In this document: piece by piece, positions 62,394-64,000 of the stretch
How the letters are laid out: every line of letters starts with the position of its first letter
How positions within the stretch are numbered: position 1 is the first letter of the stretch
Source: Fimbriosthenelais zetlandica
Lineage: Eukaryota
Direction of reading: 5' to 3'
NCBI GenBank assembly: GCA_977030845.1
Contig: OZ365118.1
Span: forward strand, 19,406,001 to 19,470,000
Length of the DNA: 64,000 bases
Notes under the pieces: model-generated
What the model was told of the DNA's origin: nothing
What the model saw: the letters and a program-made list of their open reading frames with translations, nothing else
Database searches by the model: none
Made by a program: the position numbers and the translations under genes

Positions 62394-63887
62394 AATGGTG
62401 ATTTGTAGAAATTCAACCACTGCCTGCGACCTCACTGGTCAGCTTATTCTATTATGTTCAATTAAATTTCCAATATTTCTTGCAATTTGTTCCAATTTCA
62501 AGTTGGACAGATTTGGGCACCTCGGGCAAGACCAACTGACCAATTTGGGTGAAAGTGAATCACACATACACATGTTCAAATATACATGGAAAGGTCTACA
62601 CTTATGTATTTGACATATGTGCTTAACCCAACAGTTGACATTATAATGATATATGACTTCTTCAGCGATGATTGAAAGAAAAGAGAAATCAATGCATGGG
62701 CATCCAAAACATTTATATTTTCAAAAACATATTCTTTGGTATCCAAGTAACTTCCCAAACTTCCATATTGTATGGAACAATTAAGCCCTTAGGGATTTGT
62801 CCCACATCAGCACATTTTTCAACTAAATATCTGTCGGAAAAATCTAAAAAATTAACATGTCTTGTACATTAAGCTGATAAGCATGCCCTTTTCCTCAGCC
62901 CATTTTTTCAGCTGATTAAACAGCAATGAAATATAACGTGCACATGTTTTATTGACGGACTATTCCTGTATTTGGGATATAAATCTCAATGATTTATTGT
63001 ATTTTTATTGTCCGGCTAATCTCTCCCCCACTGCCCTCTACATGTAGGGGTCAGTCTCGCTCTATTCAGGTCTCACTATACTAATTCTCGCGGCATCTCT
63101 CTCTATCTATTGTTGACCGCACCTATTGTTACCTGCACACAATCGCTACAACCACCGGCTCCCCCTCCTCCCGTCTCCATTCAGGCTTCATTTTAAAGTA
63201 ATTAGAAGTTATGAACAATATTTGACATGGACTTTCTATAGGCGAGGGACATACCTATAATTTAACGGGACGCGAGTCACATTTAAGGAATCATTTAAAG
63301 AAAAGTGAGTGGAGCCTTGACCGGTAGAGCGCGTGTGTAATGAGAGGTCCCCATACCAATACTCATTCACCGAACCAATCATTGATCACACAATAGATTC
63401 CACTAAACACTCGCCTCGTCCACGATGCTTTGTTTCCTCCTGTAAAATTGAAGAGTTGTGTAGTACTTATCGGTGATTGTTGAGGGATATAGATATAGTT
63501 CAGACGGGAATTAGAGATAAACACAAAGGTTAAACTGGTAAACTGATGCCTTTTCAAACATTCCAGTCTGAGAATTCCTGCCTGTGACAATCATTTGGTG
63601 TAGGGTGTATATGAATACTATCATTCCCTCTCCCCAGGAACTGATCAGTGCTGGGAACAAATTCCAAAAGTTTTGAATTGAACATGAAAGAAGTGTTCAA
63701 TACATCTTTTATTCTCTATTAAAAACATCTTTTACTAGATTTCCTGTCGTGAAGACCTTGTAATTACTTCAGATATCAGAGGGCCGAACTCCTTTCAAAG
63801 GATTCCTTTAGTACTTTTCCACTTGTTGAATTGTTTGCGTCCAAATTTCTGCCGACATCTTCATCATTCAGCAGAAAATGAACTATA

Positions 63888-63945
63888 GCGTCAAATGCCG
63901 CGTCAAATGCCGCGTCATATGCCGCGTCAAATGCCGCGTCAAATG
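63888..63945 (+). repeat. 12-bp tandem repeat GCGTCA(A/T)ATGCC, about 5 copies
   Basis: Units at 63888, 63900, 63912, 63924, 63936; reads (DAAF/Y)n on the minus strand. Confidence 0.9.
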
Positions 63946-64000
63946 AAGATATAGTCACGACCCGGCACCTTTACATCTCTGTGGGGTATTCTCCGTTATA

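Noticed and set aside
607-63958. The ORF-track entries as genes
   Set aside because: All are 168 aa or shorter, many start at GTG/TTG, overlap on both strands or arise from low-complexity repeats or the N gap. I recognise no domain in any of them.

Overview
This window looks like non-coding nuclear DNA from an animal, roughly 40% GC by eye, with one 141-N assembly gap at 60600-60740. I found no protein-coding gene, transposase/RT/integrase ORF, rRNA, tRNA, snRNA, known miRNA or CRISPR-cas locus that I can support. The ORF-track entries (60-168 aa) look like chance or low-complexity ORFs. The sequence does show four things. (1) A dense set of metazoan transcription-factor motifs, above all about 20 RFX X-box-like sites (6 strict matches), plus CRE, YY1, ETS, NRF1 and E-box modules and several homotypic motif clusters. 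(2) Two related repeat arrays 39 kb apart (19.0-19.3 kb and 58.2-58.5 kb), each with one inverted GACCAAG arm followed by three CTTGGTCG...CCATCGCC(C)TCC units. (3) Many short local duplications, G-quadruplex-prone tracts and one perfect 33-bp palindrome. (4) A few weak exon, microexon and recursive-splice candidates. The best reading is a gene desert or giant intron with a cis-regulatory landscape, possibly of a ciliary or neural gene. All motif calls were made by eye, without PWM scans, alignments or database searches.
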